Below are positions 1-8,446 of a stretch of DNA of 18,673 nt, one piece after another. Position 1 is the first letter of the stretch; each line of letters starts with the position of its first letter. The stretch comes from a virus (lineage: Duplodnaviria; Heunggongvirae; Uroviricota; Caudoviricetes): IMG/VR virus record IMGVR_UViG_2617270979_000006; one strand, 5' to 3'. The position numbers and the translations under genes are program-made. The notes under the pieces are model-generated. The model had not been told where the DNA came from and did no database searches. It saw only the letters and a list, made by a program, of their open reading frames with translations.

Positions 1-483
1 CAGGCTGTTTGCGCATTGATGCCGAGATACGCTTCCAGTCTTCGCGGTCGTTGTCGATAACTTCATTTTTTGCCCAGCGATGGATGCTGCCGTCAATGTT
101 TCCGGCATCCACATCACCAGGCCAGAGAGCGTAGGCCAGTTCGTCATCCAGTGTTTTCCATGTCTGCTTGTATTGCGATGAATGGCAGCAATGACCGGGC
201 TGATTTTTCCTGTTGAATTTTCAGTGTACTGTTGATTGGCTCTGGCGCGGGCGAGATCAACAACAGACGTGTATTTTCCGGTTTCCTTGCGTTCACCTTC
301 GCGACGTTTTTTCCAGATGCGCATCTCTGCCTGAATTTCGGGCCATTTAGCACCAGGAATACATTTATGCTTAACCCACCCAATGGCGTGCAACTTAAGC
401 TCCGGATATTCCCGTCTGAACAGGCGCGTAAGACTGGCAAAATGCCCGTAAAAAGCTCTCAAGGGCAAAGCTGAAGAAACCAT
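1..483 (-). CDS. Hypothetical protein, partial (start in window at 483, 3' end runs off the left edge)
   Basis: Minus-strand frame is open from ATG at 483..481 to position 1 with no stop (161 codons, MVSSALPLRAFYGHFASL...RHQCANSL). Absent from the ORF track only because it has no in-window stop. No clear Shine-Dalgarno; family not recognised. Confidence 0.45.
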   Translation of the reverse strand, partial: MVSSALPLRAFYGHFASLTRLFRREYPELKLHAIGWVKHKCIPGAKWPEIQAEMRIWKKRREGERKETGKYTSVVDLARARANQQYTENSTGKISPVIAAIHRNTSRHGKHWMTNWPTLSGLVMWMPETLTAASIAGQKMKLSTTTAKTGSVSRHQCANSL

Positions 484-903
484 CTGCGGTTGATCCGGAC
501 CTTATCTGGTCATTACCTGATGGAGAAATACGTCGTTACGACAGGCGTCATAATATGATTTGTACTGAGTGTCGTAAAAGCGAAGTTATGCAGCGCATAT
601 TGTCGTTTTATCAGGGGGATGTTCGGTATTTATTGAAGTGACGAGATTAAAGTGCATTAGTTCAGATGCAAATTGACATTTTGTTGCACAGGGTAGAGCT
701 AGCGTGGTTGTCCGCTTTGTGCCAACAGCGGACATTATGGAAGGTCAGAGTTAAAGATTAAAATGGGATGCTGTGTGTTTTCTCCAGGTTTTGCTCTATA
801 CCTTTCGGGATACTCCACCGACAGAATACGAAAATCAACATTATCAACGGCTCGAAGTGTCTAGATTATCCATGGCAATTCATGGGAAATCCCATCCAAC
901 GGC

Positions 904-2295
904 TTATGCTTCATGTTGCTTTTTGAGATCGCTTCTAGCATAGCTCCACTCAATAATGTTGTCGGGTCGTTGCTGATCGAAAAGGATACGGGATTCAATA
1001 CCATTACCTAAAAAGCTGGTATTCCCATCTACGTAAGAAGCTATCCCTTGTGAACCAACACGAAGAATATTTTCTAATGGCTGCTTTGTTCTTGCTGCAT
1101 CGCTAAGGAGATATAAACCCGGGTACGTTTTGTTAGCACGGTGAAAAAAAAGTTCATTGTCAAAACACATGACGATGATTATTTGTCCCGACATGAGATC
1201 GGAGAGCATTTCAGTTGGCAGATGCAAACTCATAAATGGTCGAGACAAAGGGTCAAAGAATGAATCATTTATATTCACAACAGGGCTTTTTATACCGAGA
1301 CTATCCATCCATCCATTGAAGGCAACAAAGCCCATTTCAGAATCACGGTACATACCTAAGAACAAACATTCATCAATAGTATCAATTGCCCAATTTTTTC
1401 CTCCGCGAATAATCTCCCACATTTTAACTAAGCGGTGGGTATAAAATTCAGACGGATGATCTATCTCATTGATTTTAACTTTAGACTGATGAAAGTTGTC
1501 AAAGCCCTCGCCAGTATTAATCGCCTCCAGAACATTCATGCCACGAATGATTTGCCTTTTTATGCGATTAAATTGCTTAACATCATTATCAGGCATATTG
1601 TTAATGAAGTTTTCTTCAAAGTGCGGACATTCTGAGATAACAGAAAATTCAGCAGCTTCATAAAGCTCATTATTCTTTTCACCTGTTTTAACTTCCACGA
1701 GCTGGAAGCCATCCAGTAGATTAAAGGTGACTAAATCTCCCACATGAACAAATGTGCTCATGTCAGAGACAATCGCTACGGAGTGTTTGTCCTGGTTGAT
1801 AAGATCGGCTGCGACCATAGAATCAATTATGTTATCTTCTGATAGATTGTCATTGCTTGCATTAATAGGTAAACGCCGCAAACTAGAGTGTTCTTCATCA
1901 AGAATGCTCCAAATTATTGAGTCAATACAACGGCGAAGAATAAGAATTTCAAATTTTTTTAAACTTATTTCATCAATACACTTTTCTTTATTTTCTTTAT
2001 CCTTGTTTCGATGGTGCTCTTTTTTTTCAGTTTCCAATCTTTTTATATCTCTCAGCCGAATAATAATCTCAAAAGATATGATTTTTTGTGAGTCTTTCCA
2101 ATTTTTGAGACAGGTTTCATACTCTGCAAGAAAATCCTCATCATTGGAAGGTAGTTCTTGAATTGGATTCCCTCCCCTTATCATTTTGGCAAGTGCATGC
2201 ATTAAAGATACATAATGAGGTGATAAAATTGTCCAAAACTTCCTAAACGGTTTGTACTTTTCAAGAAAAGTTGACTCATCAGTATAATTCATCAT
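904..2295 (-). CDS. Uncharacterised 463-aa protein, downstream partner of the AbiH-like gene; central D-x14-E-V-K motif suggests a possible PD-(D/E)xK nuclease core
   Basis: Long ORF in visibly AT-rich DNA. Track start is TTG at 2301; the ATG at 2295 is preferred because GAGG lies 6 nt upstream. Lies 89 nt downstream of the AbiH-like gene on the same strand. Motif HVGDLVTFNLLDGFQLVEVK maps to 1687-1737. Lysine/glutamate-rich segment near the N-terminus. Confidence 0.7.
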   Translation of the reverse strand: MMNYTDESTFLEKYKPFRKFWTILSPHYVSLMHALAKMIRGGNPIQELPSNDEDFLAEYETCLKNWKDSQKIISFEIIIRLRDIKRLETEKKEHHRNKDKENKEKCIDEISLKKFEILILRRCIDSIIWSILDEEHSSLRRLPINASNDNLSEDNIIDSMVAADLINQDKHSVAIVSDMSTFVHVGDLVTFNLLDGFQLVEVKTGEKNNELYEAAEFSVISECPHFEENFINNMPDNDVKQFNRIKRQIIRGMNVLEAINTGEGFDNFHQSKVKINEIDHPSEFYTHRLVKMWEIIRGGKNWAIDTIDECLFLGMYRDSEMGFVAFNGWMDSLGIKSPVVNINDSFFDPLSRPFMSLHLPTEMLSDLMSGQIIIVMCFDNELFFHRANKTYPGLYLLSDAARTKQPLENILRVGSQGIASYVDGNTSFLGNGIESRILFDQQRPDNIIEWSYARSDLKKQHEA

Positions 2296-2384
2296 AACCA
2301 AACCTCATTCCTCTTATCTATTTTCCTCAAGGTATAAAATACCAGCCTTTTTTACATAATTATAGTTATAATATGAAGTCTCAT

Positions 2385-3254
2385 TCAGATATCTTCATAC
2401 TGTACGTAAGAAATATTTGAGCCTCTGATACCATAATCTTCTAAACTGCCTGATTTTTTCTCACCTCTATATAAAGCAACTATCCATCGAGCATTTTCTT
2501 GGATGCTTTTATTTATTTCAGTAAAGTATTCACCGTCAACTTCGGCGAGCGAGTGGCCTAAAACGATGACCTCGTCCACATTTTTAAGCGATGAGAAAAA
2601 AACGTTTTCTTCTTTAATTATGTCTTCGCTGGGCTTGAATGTATTACCGAAGTATTCGTTTATTCTGTCGTATGCCTCTGCTATTCTTGTATCTTGATCC
2701 GGTCCTATATATGGATTTAGTGACTTTTCCACCCTAAAACTATGACCAAGTATGAGATCGTCATCGTAACTACAATTGCCGTGAATATGTATGATTTGCT
2801 CGTCTGGAACGGCATAGATCTGCTGCAAGGTATTTGTATAATTAAATGAAAAATAGATGCTTTCTCTTGGTATGGGCGGGATGTATTGCTTAGGATTGTA
2901 AGCATCGGCTATGTTAATCCCTTTAACCCAATCAGCGAATTGCTCCTTCAAACGAGCTGACAGCATTTGTGTGATTTTATTTACTTCATATTGGTAATCG
3001 TGATGATAAGCATCGCTCCAATCATCGGTATTGTATGAAGCCAAAAATATCTCACTGTTTTGAAGGATAAGCTCATAATCAATTTCACCTAAAGCATTTT
3101 CTAACTCATTCCACTCGTCCCCAGCAGGAATGTATTCTTCTATCGCGTCATATAGATCTTGGTCATTTTTTTCTACATACGACTTAAAGTGCTTGTATCC
3201 TGTTGGTAAGCCATGACGCATGTCAAATCCATTTCCTATTATGTAAAGCCTCAT
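2385..3254 (-). CDS. AbiH-family abortive infection protein (289 aa)
   Basis: N-terminus MRLYIIGNGFDMRHGLPTGYKHF matches the hallmark IIGNGFD-x-HGL motif of the AbiH family (Pfam Bacteriophage abortive infection AbiH), with further FNYTNT, HIHG and LGHS motifs. Start moved from track position 3305 to the internal ATG at 3254, which has AAGGGA about 7 nt upstream. AT-rich codon usage. Confidence 0.75.
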   Translation of the reverse strand: MRLYIIGNGFDMRHGLPTGYKHFKSYVEKNDQDLYDAIEEYIPAGDEWNELENALGEIDYELILQNSEIFLASYNTDDWSDAYHHDYQYEVNKITQMLSARLKEQFADWVKGINIADAYNPKQYIPPIPRESIYFSFNYTNTLQQIYAVPDEQIIHIHGNCSYDDDLILGHSFRVEKSLNPYIGPDQDTRIAEAYDRINEYFGNTFKPSEDIIKEENVFFSSLKNVDEVIVLGHSLAEVDGEYFTEINKSIQENARWIVALYRGEKKSGSLEDYGIRGSNISYVQYEDI

Positions 3255-3357
3255 TGTTTTTCCCTTAGTCGAATTGTATAAAAATACTAACATGGCCTGC
3301 TCCACGTTGACTACTATCCCCTCCTTTGAGTAATGCCTTCATCAGATGTAACAACAT

Positions 3358-3654
3358 TTGCGAGCTTCCACAGTTCGCTCAAAGCGGACTAGAAGGTTAG
3401 CTTGCGTCGGACTTGGCGTATTTAAAGAAGTGCTGGTGGAGACTGGTTGTTGTGTTCCATTTCTACAGAACAAAATCACAGAAACTATACCCAATAGTTA
3501 TATTGAATCAATGATGAGACAGCCTCATATTTATCAGGACTGGTGTACGTCCAATACAGGAGGTTGTCGTGCTGGTTCTCAAATGTGCGCTAGCTATTGC
3601 GGCTGTAATGGCAATTTATTGTCTTGCTGTTGTTCTTACGGATCGCCTTTCTGA
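3358..3654 (+). CDS. Questionable Cys-rich small ORF (98 codons from TTG; 47-aa version from ATG at 3511)
   Basis: C-terminal part MMRQPHIYQDWCTSNTGGCRAGSQMCASYCGCNGNLLSCCCSYGSPF has 9 Cys in 47 residues and is Gly/Ser/Asn-rich. No convincing RBS before any candidate start. Divergent from the AbiH promoter region, upstream of hok. Confidence 0.25.
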   Translation: MRASTVRSKRTRRLACVGLGVFKEVLVETGCCVPFLQNKITETIPNSYIESMMRQPHIYQDWCTSNTGGCRAGSQMCASYCGCNGNLLSCCCSYGSPF

Positions 3655-3812
3655 TTGATTTTATATTGGCGAGGTGACGTGAGTTAAGTAGAATTGCTGC
3701 GGGTGCTTGAGGCTATCTGCCTCAGGCATGAACACCAAAGGCAGATAGAGAAAAGCCCCAGTTAACATTACGCGTCCTGCAAGACGCTTAACATTAATCT
3801 GAGGCCAATTTC

Positions 3813-4025
3813 ATGCTAGACACATGTAGGTTAGCCTCTTACGTGCCGAAAGGCAAGGAGAAGCAGGCTATGAAGCAGCAAAAGGCGATGTTAATCGCCC
3901 TGATCGTCATCTGTTTAACCGTCATAGTGACGGCACTGGTAACGAGGAAAGACCTCTGCGAGGTACGAATCCGAACCGGCCAGACGGAGGTCGCTGTCTT
4001 CACAGCTTACGAACCTGAGGAGTAA
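3813..4025 (+). CDS. Mok-like leader reading frame, in-frame N-terminal extension of Hok
   Basis: MLDTCRLASYVPKGKEKQA precedes the Hok Met in the same frame, the same arrangement as E. coli MokC/HokC (MLNTCR...) as I recall it. Confidence 0.55.
   Translation: MLDTCRLASYVPKGKEKQAMKQQKAMLIALIVICLTVIVTALVTRKDLCEVRIRTGQTEVAVFTAYEPEE
3870..4025 (+). CDS. hokD: Hok/Gef family type I toxin (HokD/RelF-like, 51 aa)
   Basis: MKQQKAMLIALIVICLTVIVTALVTRKDLCEVRIRTGQTEVAVFTAYEPEE: single transmembrane helix plus conserved Hok C-terminus. AAGGAG lies 9 nt upstream of the ATG. Followed by a hairpin (4033-4054) and a terminator. Confidence 0.9.
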   Translation: MKQQKAMLIALIVICLTVIVTALVTRKDLCEVRIRTGQTEVAVFTAYEPEE

Positions 4026-4093
4026 GAGACCAGGCGAGGGAGAAATCCCTCGCCACCTCTGATGTGTCAGGCATCCTCAATGCACCCGCACTT

Positions 4094-4117
4094 AACCCGC
4101 TTCGGCGGGTTTATTTT
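4094..4117 (+). terminator. Intrinsic terminator of the hok transcript
   Basis: Stem aacccgc / gcgggtt with ttcg loop, followed by tatttt. Confidence 0.6.
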
Positions 4118-4483
4118 ATCTGTAAATATTTTTATAAAAATAATGCCCACACACAGCATAAAACAAAAAGTATCACAGATAAAAAAGGAGCGTAATGTGC
4201 AGATTTGTTGTTTTCCATATTTACTCACTTTAACATAATCAATATTGATATGGTTGTTGTTTTGGTGGTTTCAAACGAGATGTTATGGTGATCTGGTAAA
4301 ATTGCATAACATTAAAATTTAATTTATCTAATCGCTTTTAATAATAAGCGTTGTGTTTATCCCAACAATCTGTTGTTTGACTTTTATTCCATTAATGTAG
4401 GGGCTTTACACTGGAACCAGTTTATTTATACTTTATACGCCAGCCTGAACAACTGGCACCTGCTGCGCCAGCAGAGACAACCG

Positions 4484-4762
4484 ATGGCGCACGATACCAA
4501 ATTACACAATTCTGATGATTCTGCCGTCTTTGCCAGCAGGTGCGGACGGCGTTTTCATGCATTCAAATCGGACTGGTTCCAGCATCCACCATGCACTGAA
4601 GAGCAGGCTGAATGGATAATTCAGTGTTACCGCAGGCGCGGATACGAGGTTAAAAAAGCCCTTAGCCTCGACTACCGTCACTGGATAATCTCAGTCAGAT
4701 TGCCTTACTCCGAACGCCCACCGCGTCCGTCCCGTACATTCCAGCAACGCCTCTGGAGGTAA
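4484..4762 (+). CDS. Hypothetical small prophage protein (92 aa), possibly Rem-like by position
   Basis: ORF MAHDTKLHNSDDSAVFASRCGRRFHAFKSDWFQHPPCTEEQAEWIIQCYRRRGYEVKKAL... Its stop (4760-4762) sits one base before the GTG start of the DUF968 gene, suggesting translational coupling. Weak RBS; the track start at 4373 is rejected because the upstream part is AT-rich and low-complexity. Confidence 0.45.
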   Translation: MAHDTKLHNSDDSAVFASRCGRRFHAFKSDWFQHPPCTEEQAEWIIQCYRRRGYEVKKALSLDYRHWIISVRLPYSERPPRPSRTFQQRLWR

Positions 4763-4763
4763 C

Positions 4764-5813
4764 GTGCGGGTATTACTTCGACCTGTTCTGGTACCGGAAC
4801 TCGGGCTGGTGGTCGTTAAGCCGGGCCGTGAATCCATGCCGGTATTCCACAATACCCGGGTACTGGTGGAGCCGGAACCGAAAAGCATGCGTAATCTGCC
4901 GTCCGGGGTCGTTCCTGCCGTTCGCCAGCCGCTGGTGGAAGACAAAACATTGCTGCCGTTTTTCAGTAACGCACGGGTAATTCGTGCTGCTGGTGGTGCT
5001 GGTGCATTGTCTGACTGGCTGTTGCGCCATATTAAATCCTGCCAGTGGCCACACGGCGATTATCATCACAGCGAAACCGTTATTCACCGATATGGTACCG
5101 GCGCAATGGTGTTGTGCTGGCACTGCGACAACCAGCTGCGTGACCAGACATCCGAATCACTCGAGCAACTTGCTCATCAAAACCTGTCAGCATGGATGAT
5201 TGACGTCATCGGTCACGCAATAAGCGGTACGCAGGAGCGTGAATTATCTCTGGGTGAATTATCCTGGTGGGCGGTCCGCAATCAGCTGGCGGACGCGCTA
5301 CCGGAAGCGGTATTACGTCGCTCGCTGGGATTACCAGCGGAAAAAATCTGCTCGGTGTACCGCGAAAGCGACATCGTACCGGGAGAGCAGACCGCCACCA
5401 GCATATTGAAACAGCGCACAAAAAATCTTGCACCGTTGCCTCACGCCCACCAGCAACAAAACCCATCACAGGAAAAGACGGTGGTAAGCATCACCGTTGA
5501 TCCAGAGTCTCCGGAATCTTTCATGAAGCTGCCTAAACGTCACCGGTGGGTTAAGGAGAAATACACACGCTGGGTTAAGACACAGCCGTGTGCTTGCTGC
5601 GGTATGCCAGCCGACGATCCGCATCATCTGATTGGTCACGGGCAGGGCGGAATGGGAACCAAAGCACATGATCTCTTTGTTTTGCCTTTGTGCAGAAAGC
5701 ATCACGACGAGTTGCATACGGATACCGTGGCATTTGAAGAGAAGTATGGCTCCCAACTGGAGCTGATTTTTCGATTTATCGATCGCGCGCTGGCAATTGG
5801 TGTGCTGGCCTAA
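4764..5813 (+). CDS. ydfU: DUF968-family prophage protein (YdfU-like, 349 aa) with C-terminal HNH-like Cys/His cluster
   Basis: GTG start with GGAGG 4 nt upstream. C-terminal [43 protein letters not shown]. Length and position immediately upstream of Q match Qin YdfU as I recall it. Confidence 0.8.
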   Translation: MRVLLRPVLVPELGLVVVKPGRESMPVFHNTRVLVEPEPKSMRNLPSGVVPAVRQPLVEDKTLLPFFSNARVIRAAGGAGALSDWLLRHIKSCQWPHGDYHHSETVIHRYGTGAMVLCWHCDNQLRDQTSESLEQLAHQNLSAWMIDVIGHAISGTQERELSLGELSWWAVRNQLADALPEAVLRRSLGLPAEKICSVYRESDIVPGEQTATSILKQRTKNLAPLPHAHQQQNPSQEKTVVSITVDPESPESFMKLPKRHRWVKEKYTRWVKTQPCACCGMPADDPHHLIGHGQGGMGTKAHDLFVLPLCRKHHDELHTDTVAFEEKYGSQLELIFRFIDRALAIGVLA

Positions 5814-5830
5814 TTTTGTGGAGTAAGTTG

Positions 5831-6208
5831 ATGCGTGATATTCAGATGGTTCTTGAGCGTTGGGGGGCATGGGCGGCTAATAATCATGAAGATGTGACCT
5901 GGTCGTCCATTGCCGCCGGTTTTAAGGGATTAATTCCTTCAAAAGTAAGATCTCGTCCGCAATGCTGTGACGATGACGCGATGATCATTTGTGAATGTAT
6001 GGCTCGCCTGAAAAAAAACAACAGCGATTTACATGATTTATTGGTGGACTATTATATCGGCGGCATGACTTTTATGGCGCTTGCACATAAGCATGGGCGA
6101 TCTGATTGTTGGGTTGGCAGGATGCTCCAGAAAGCTGAGGGCGTAGTGGAGGGCATGCTGATGGTGTTGGATCTCCGATTGGAGATGGATGCTGATTGTT
6201 CGAAATAA
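5831..6208 (+). CDS. quuD: Late-gene antitermination protein Q (QuuD-like, 125 aa)
   Basis: [35 protein letters not shown]... matches my recollection of DLP12 QuuD. ATG at 5831 has GGAG 7 nt upstream; the track start is a TTG at 5816. Confidence 0.8.
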   Translation: MRDIQMVLERWGAWAANNHEDVTWSSIAAGFKGLIPSKVRSRPQCCDDDAMIICECMARLKKNNSDLHDLLVDYYIGGMTFMALAHKHGRSDCWVGRMLQKAEGVVEGMLMVLDLRLEMDADCSK

Positions 6209-6306
6209 TTAAAGGAAAAGTTGCTGTCTGATTTTCATTAGTCTAACATTTTAAATGTTGGAATCGCAACGTAGTTATTATCATATAACAGCTTGTTTCC
6301 TGATTT

Positions 6307-6335
6307 AGCCAGCCTCCCCAAAGGCTGGTTTTTTT
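6307..6335 (+). terminator. tR'-like intrinsic terminator downstream of Q (end of a short late leader RNA)
   Basis: Stem agccagcc / ggctggtt (with one G.U) and loop tccccaaa, followed by a run of 7 T. Position right after Q is where lambdoid phages carry pR'/qut/tR'. Confidence 0.55.
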
Positions 6336-6363
6336 CTAATAAGTATCATTTCGGGTGGGGATT

Positions 6364-6888
6364 TTATTGTTTAACCCATAATAGTTCATTGACATTGAAT
6401 CCCAACTTTTGAGCGGTACGCACATAGTCTGCTTTTACATTATCTGGAATAGTTTGGGTCCTTGCCAGAATCCATAGGTATTCTCTGTTCGGACCACTGA
6501 CAAGAGCATACTTATACTCATCATCCAGTTTGATTACATTATAGCCACCATAGAAGGGGCCAAAAAACGAAACTTTCAACGCTGCAGTTTTAGTATCTCC
6601 AGTAAAGTATGCTTTACCTTCGCTCTCGCTCCATTTGTTTTTCGTTGGATCGTATCCACGGTTAAGTACGCGAATCCCTCCGTCGTTCCGTTTTTCATAA
6701 GTAGCGCTGACCTGTTCCAGACCACGTTCGAACCAGTTCTCGAGGCGAGCTATTTCATACCATTTTCCGAGGTAGCGGTTGGCGTCAAAATTTGTAATCG
6801 GCTGCACACCTTTAGGTGGTGTCGGGGCCTTACATGCTATAAGAGTGAAAGAGAGTGCAATGCCAGTCAACACAGGCCATAACTTCAT
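6364..6888 (-). CDS. blc: Bacterial lipocalin Blc-like outer-membrane lipoprotein (174 aa)
   Basis: MKLWPVLTGIALSFTLIACKAPTPPKG: signal peptide with lipobox LIAC. Strong similarity to E. coli Blc as recalled (NFDANRYLGKWYEIARLENWFERGLE..., KAYFTGDTKTAALKVSFFGPFYGGYNVI). AGGA 7 nt upstream of the start. Confidence 0.85.
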   Translation of the reverse strand: MKLWPVLTGIALSFTLIACKAPTPPKGVQPITNFDANRYLGKWYEIARLENWFERGLEQVSATYEKRNDGGIRVLNRGYDPTKNKWSESEGKAYFTGDTKTAALKVSFFGPFYGGYNVIKLDDEYKYALVSGPNREYLWILARTQTIPDNVKADYVRTAQKLGFNVNELLWVKQ

Positions 6889-7080
6889 AATAAATCCTGT
6901 ACTTTTGATAGTTGAGAGTAAGTATGAAAGATAGATGAGTACGACCGATCACTTAAAGAACTTTCCTACTATATTAGGAATAGTCAATAACAGAAAAATT
7001 GTCAGTGATGAAGCCAGAAAGGCAATTTAGTCCGTGCACTACAAAGTTTATGTGTTAATGAATTAGTCAAGGGGGAGGAA

Positions 7081-8040
7081 ATGATAAAAAAACCTGTGAT
7101 TGGGATCAGCGGTTGTTTGGGCGGTTCTGCTGTTCGTTTTGATGGTGGTCACAAAAGAGATGACTTTTTAATGGACAAATTAGTGGAATGGGTAACATTC
7201 AGACCAGTATGTCCGGAAATGGCTATAGGGCTGCCAGTTCCGCGTCCTGCTCTACGACTTGTGCGCTCGAAGCAAGGAAATATACGGATGTGTTTCAGCC
7301 ACGACCAGAATGAGGATGTGACAGAGAGAATGACAGAGTTTAGTCGTTCTTATATGGACAAATTAAAGGATGTATCGGGGTTTGTGGTTTGTGCTAAATC
7401 TCCCAGCTGTGGCATGGAGCGCGTGCGTGTCTATGATGAAAATGGTAATCGAGGTCGTAAAGATGGAGTGGGACTATTTACGAGCACTTTGATGGAAAAG
7501 TTTTCCTGGCTACCGGTTGAGGAGGATGGGCGATTACATGATCCAGTGCTTCGTGAGAATTTTATTGAAAGAGTTTTTGCTTTGCATGAGCTCAATCACC
7601 TTTACAAGGAGAAATTATCAAGAAGAGAGTTATTAGCTTTTCATAGTCGTTATAAGCTTCAGTTGTTGGCGCATAGCCAGGCAGGCTATAAAGATATGGG
7701 ACCATTTGTGGCTGCAATACACGAGTGGGCGGACCTTGAATCATACTTTGAGGTGTATCGTGATAATCTGATGGCGATTCTCAGAAAACCAGCATCACGT
7801 AAAAATCACACGAATGTGCTGATGCATATACAGGGGTATTTTAGTAATTACTTAAGTACACGCCAGCGTAAAGAGTTGAGCGAGGTTATACTTAACTATC
7901 GCTTTGGCACATTGCCTCTTCTTGCGCCGTTGACTCTGCTGAAGCATTATCTGGGTGAGTATCCTAATGATTACTTGCTTACACAGAATTACTTCGATCC
8001 CTATCCGGAAGAACTGGCTCTAAGACTGAAGGTGAATTAA
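7081..8040 (+). CDS. TudS (DUF523) - DUF1722 fusion protein, RudS-like putative thiouridine desulfidase (319 aa)
   Basis: N-terminal domain carries the three conserved Cys expected for the TudS [4Fe-4S] site (GISGCLGG, RPVCPE, CAKSPSCG). C-terminal half resembles YbgA/DUF1722 (HSRYKLQLLAHSQ, HTNVLMHIQGYFS). Strong RBS GGGGGAGG. Confidence 0.75.
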   Translation: MIKKPVIGISGCLGGSAVRFDGGHKRDDFLMDKLVEWVTFRPVCPEMAIGLPVPRPALRLVRSKQGNIRMCFSHDQNEDVTERMTEFSRSYMDKLKDVSGFVVCAKSPSCGMERVRVYDENGNRGRKDGVGLFTSTLMEKFSWLPVEEDGRLHDPVLRENFIERVFALHELNHLYKEKLSRRELLAFHSRYKLQLLAHSQAGYKDMGPFVAAIHEWADLESYFEVYRDNLMAILRKPASRKNHTNVLMHIQGYFSNYLSTRQRKELSEVILNYRFGTLPLLAPLTLLKHYLGEYPNDYLLTQNYFDPYPEELALRLKVN

Positions 8041-8446
8041 CTGTATGCGATATCATCTGAAAGTGATGAGTTCCTGTATGCAGGATATTTACAATCGTAA
8101 AAACTACGCTATGATGCTCATAGTGTCAGTTTTTATAAAAATCCTGTTCACGCTAAAGAAAACATTGAGATGCAATTTAATGTTGGTAAACATACCAGCC
8201 CCAAAAGATTTTATTCAATCTGTTTTTATATGAAGATATTTCAAGTGAATATAAAGAGCATATAATATTATTATTGCACGCAGCTATTATAATATAACAG
8301 ATTAGTTTAATGATTTGTTTTTTGTGAGTTAAACACATGGTTTTATAGTTGTGATGCAATGAGATTTTCCTTATTGTTGAACTGGCGAATATTGATTTTC
8401 CACCTATACTTACCTGGTGTAACCCCAATGATATCAGGTGGATAAT

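Noticed and set aside
144-474. Track ORFs 144..440 (-) and 232..474 (+)
   Set aside because: Both overlap a longer minus-strand frame that is open from 483 to the window edge; they are alternative or antisense frames of the same region.
1157-2161. Plus-strand ORFs 1157..1444, 1435..1635 and 1754..2161
   Set aside because: They lie antisense within the 463-aa gene, in AT-rich DNA where stop-free runs arise by chance.
2503-2905. ORFs 2503..2697 (+) and 2717..2905 (-)
   Set aside because: Inside the AbiH-like gene in other frames; no RBS and low-complexity translations.
4691-5870. Minus-strand ORFs 4691..4945, 4773..5123, 5206..5469, 5466..5870 and plus-strand 4984..5199, 5267..5500
   Set aside because: All overlap the DUF968 gene in a GC-rich stretch; translations are Arg/Pro/Gly-rich, typical of off-frame reading of GC-rich coding DNA.
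8045-8428. ORFs 8045..8233 (+) and 8177..8428 (-) in the region upstream of the AraC-like gene
   Set aside because: Very AT-rich intergenic DNA, no RBS, low-complexity products; more likely a promoter/H-NS region.
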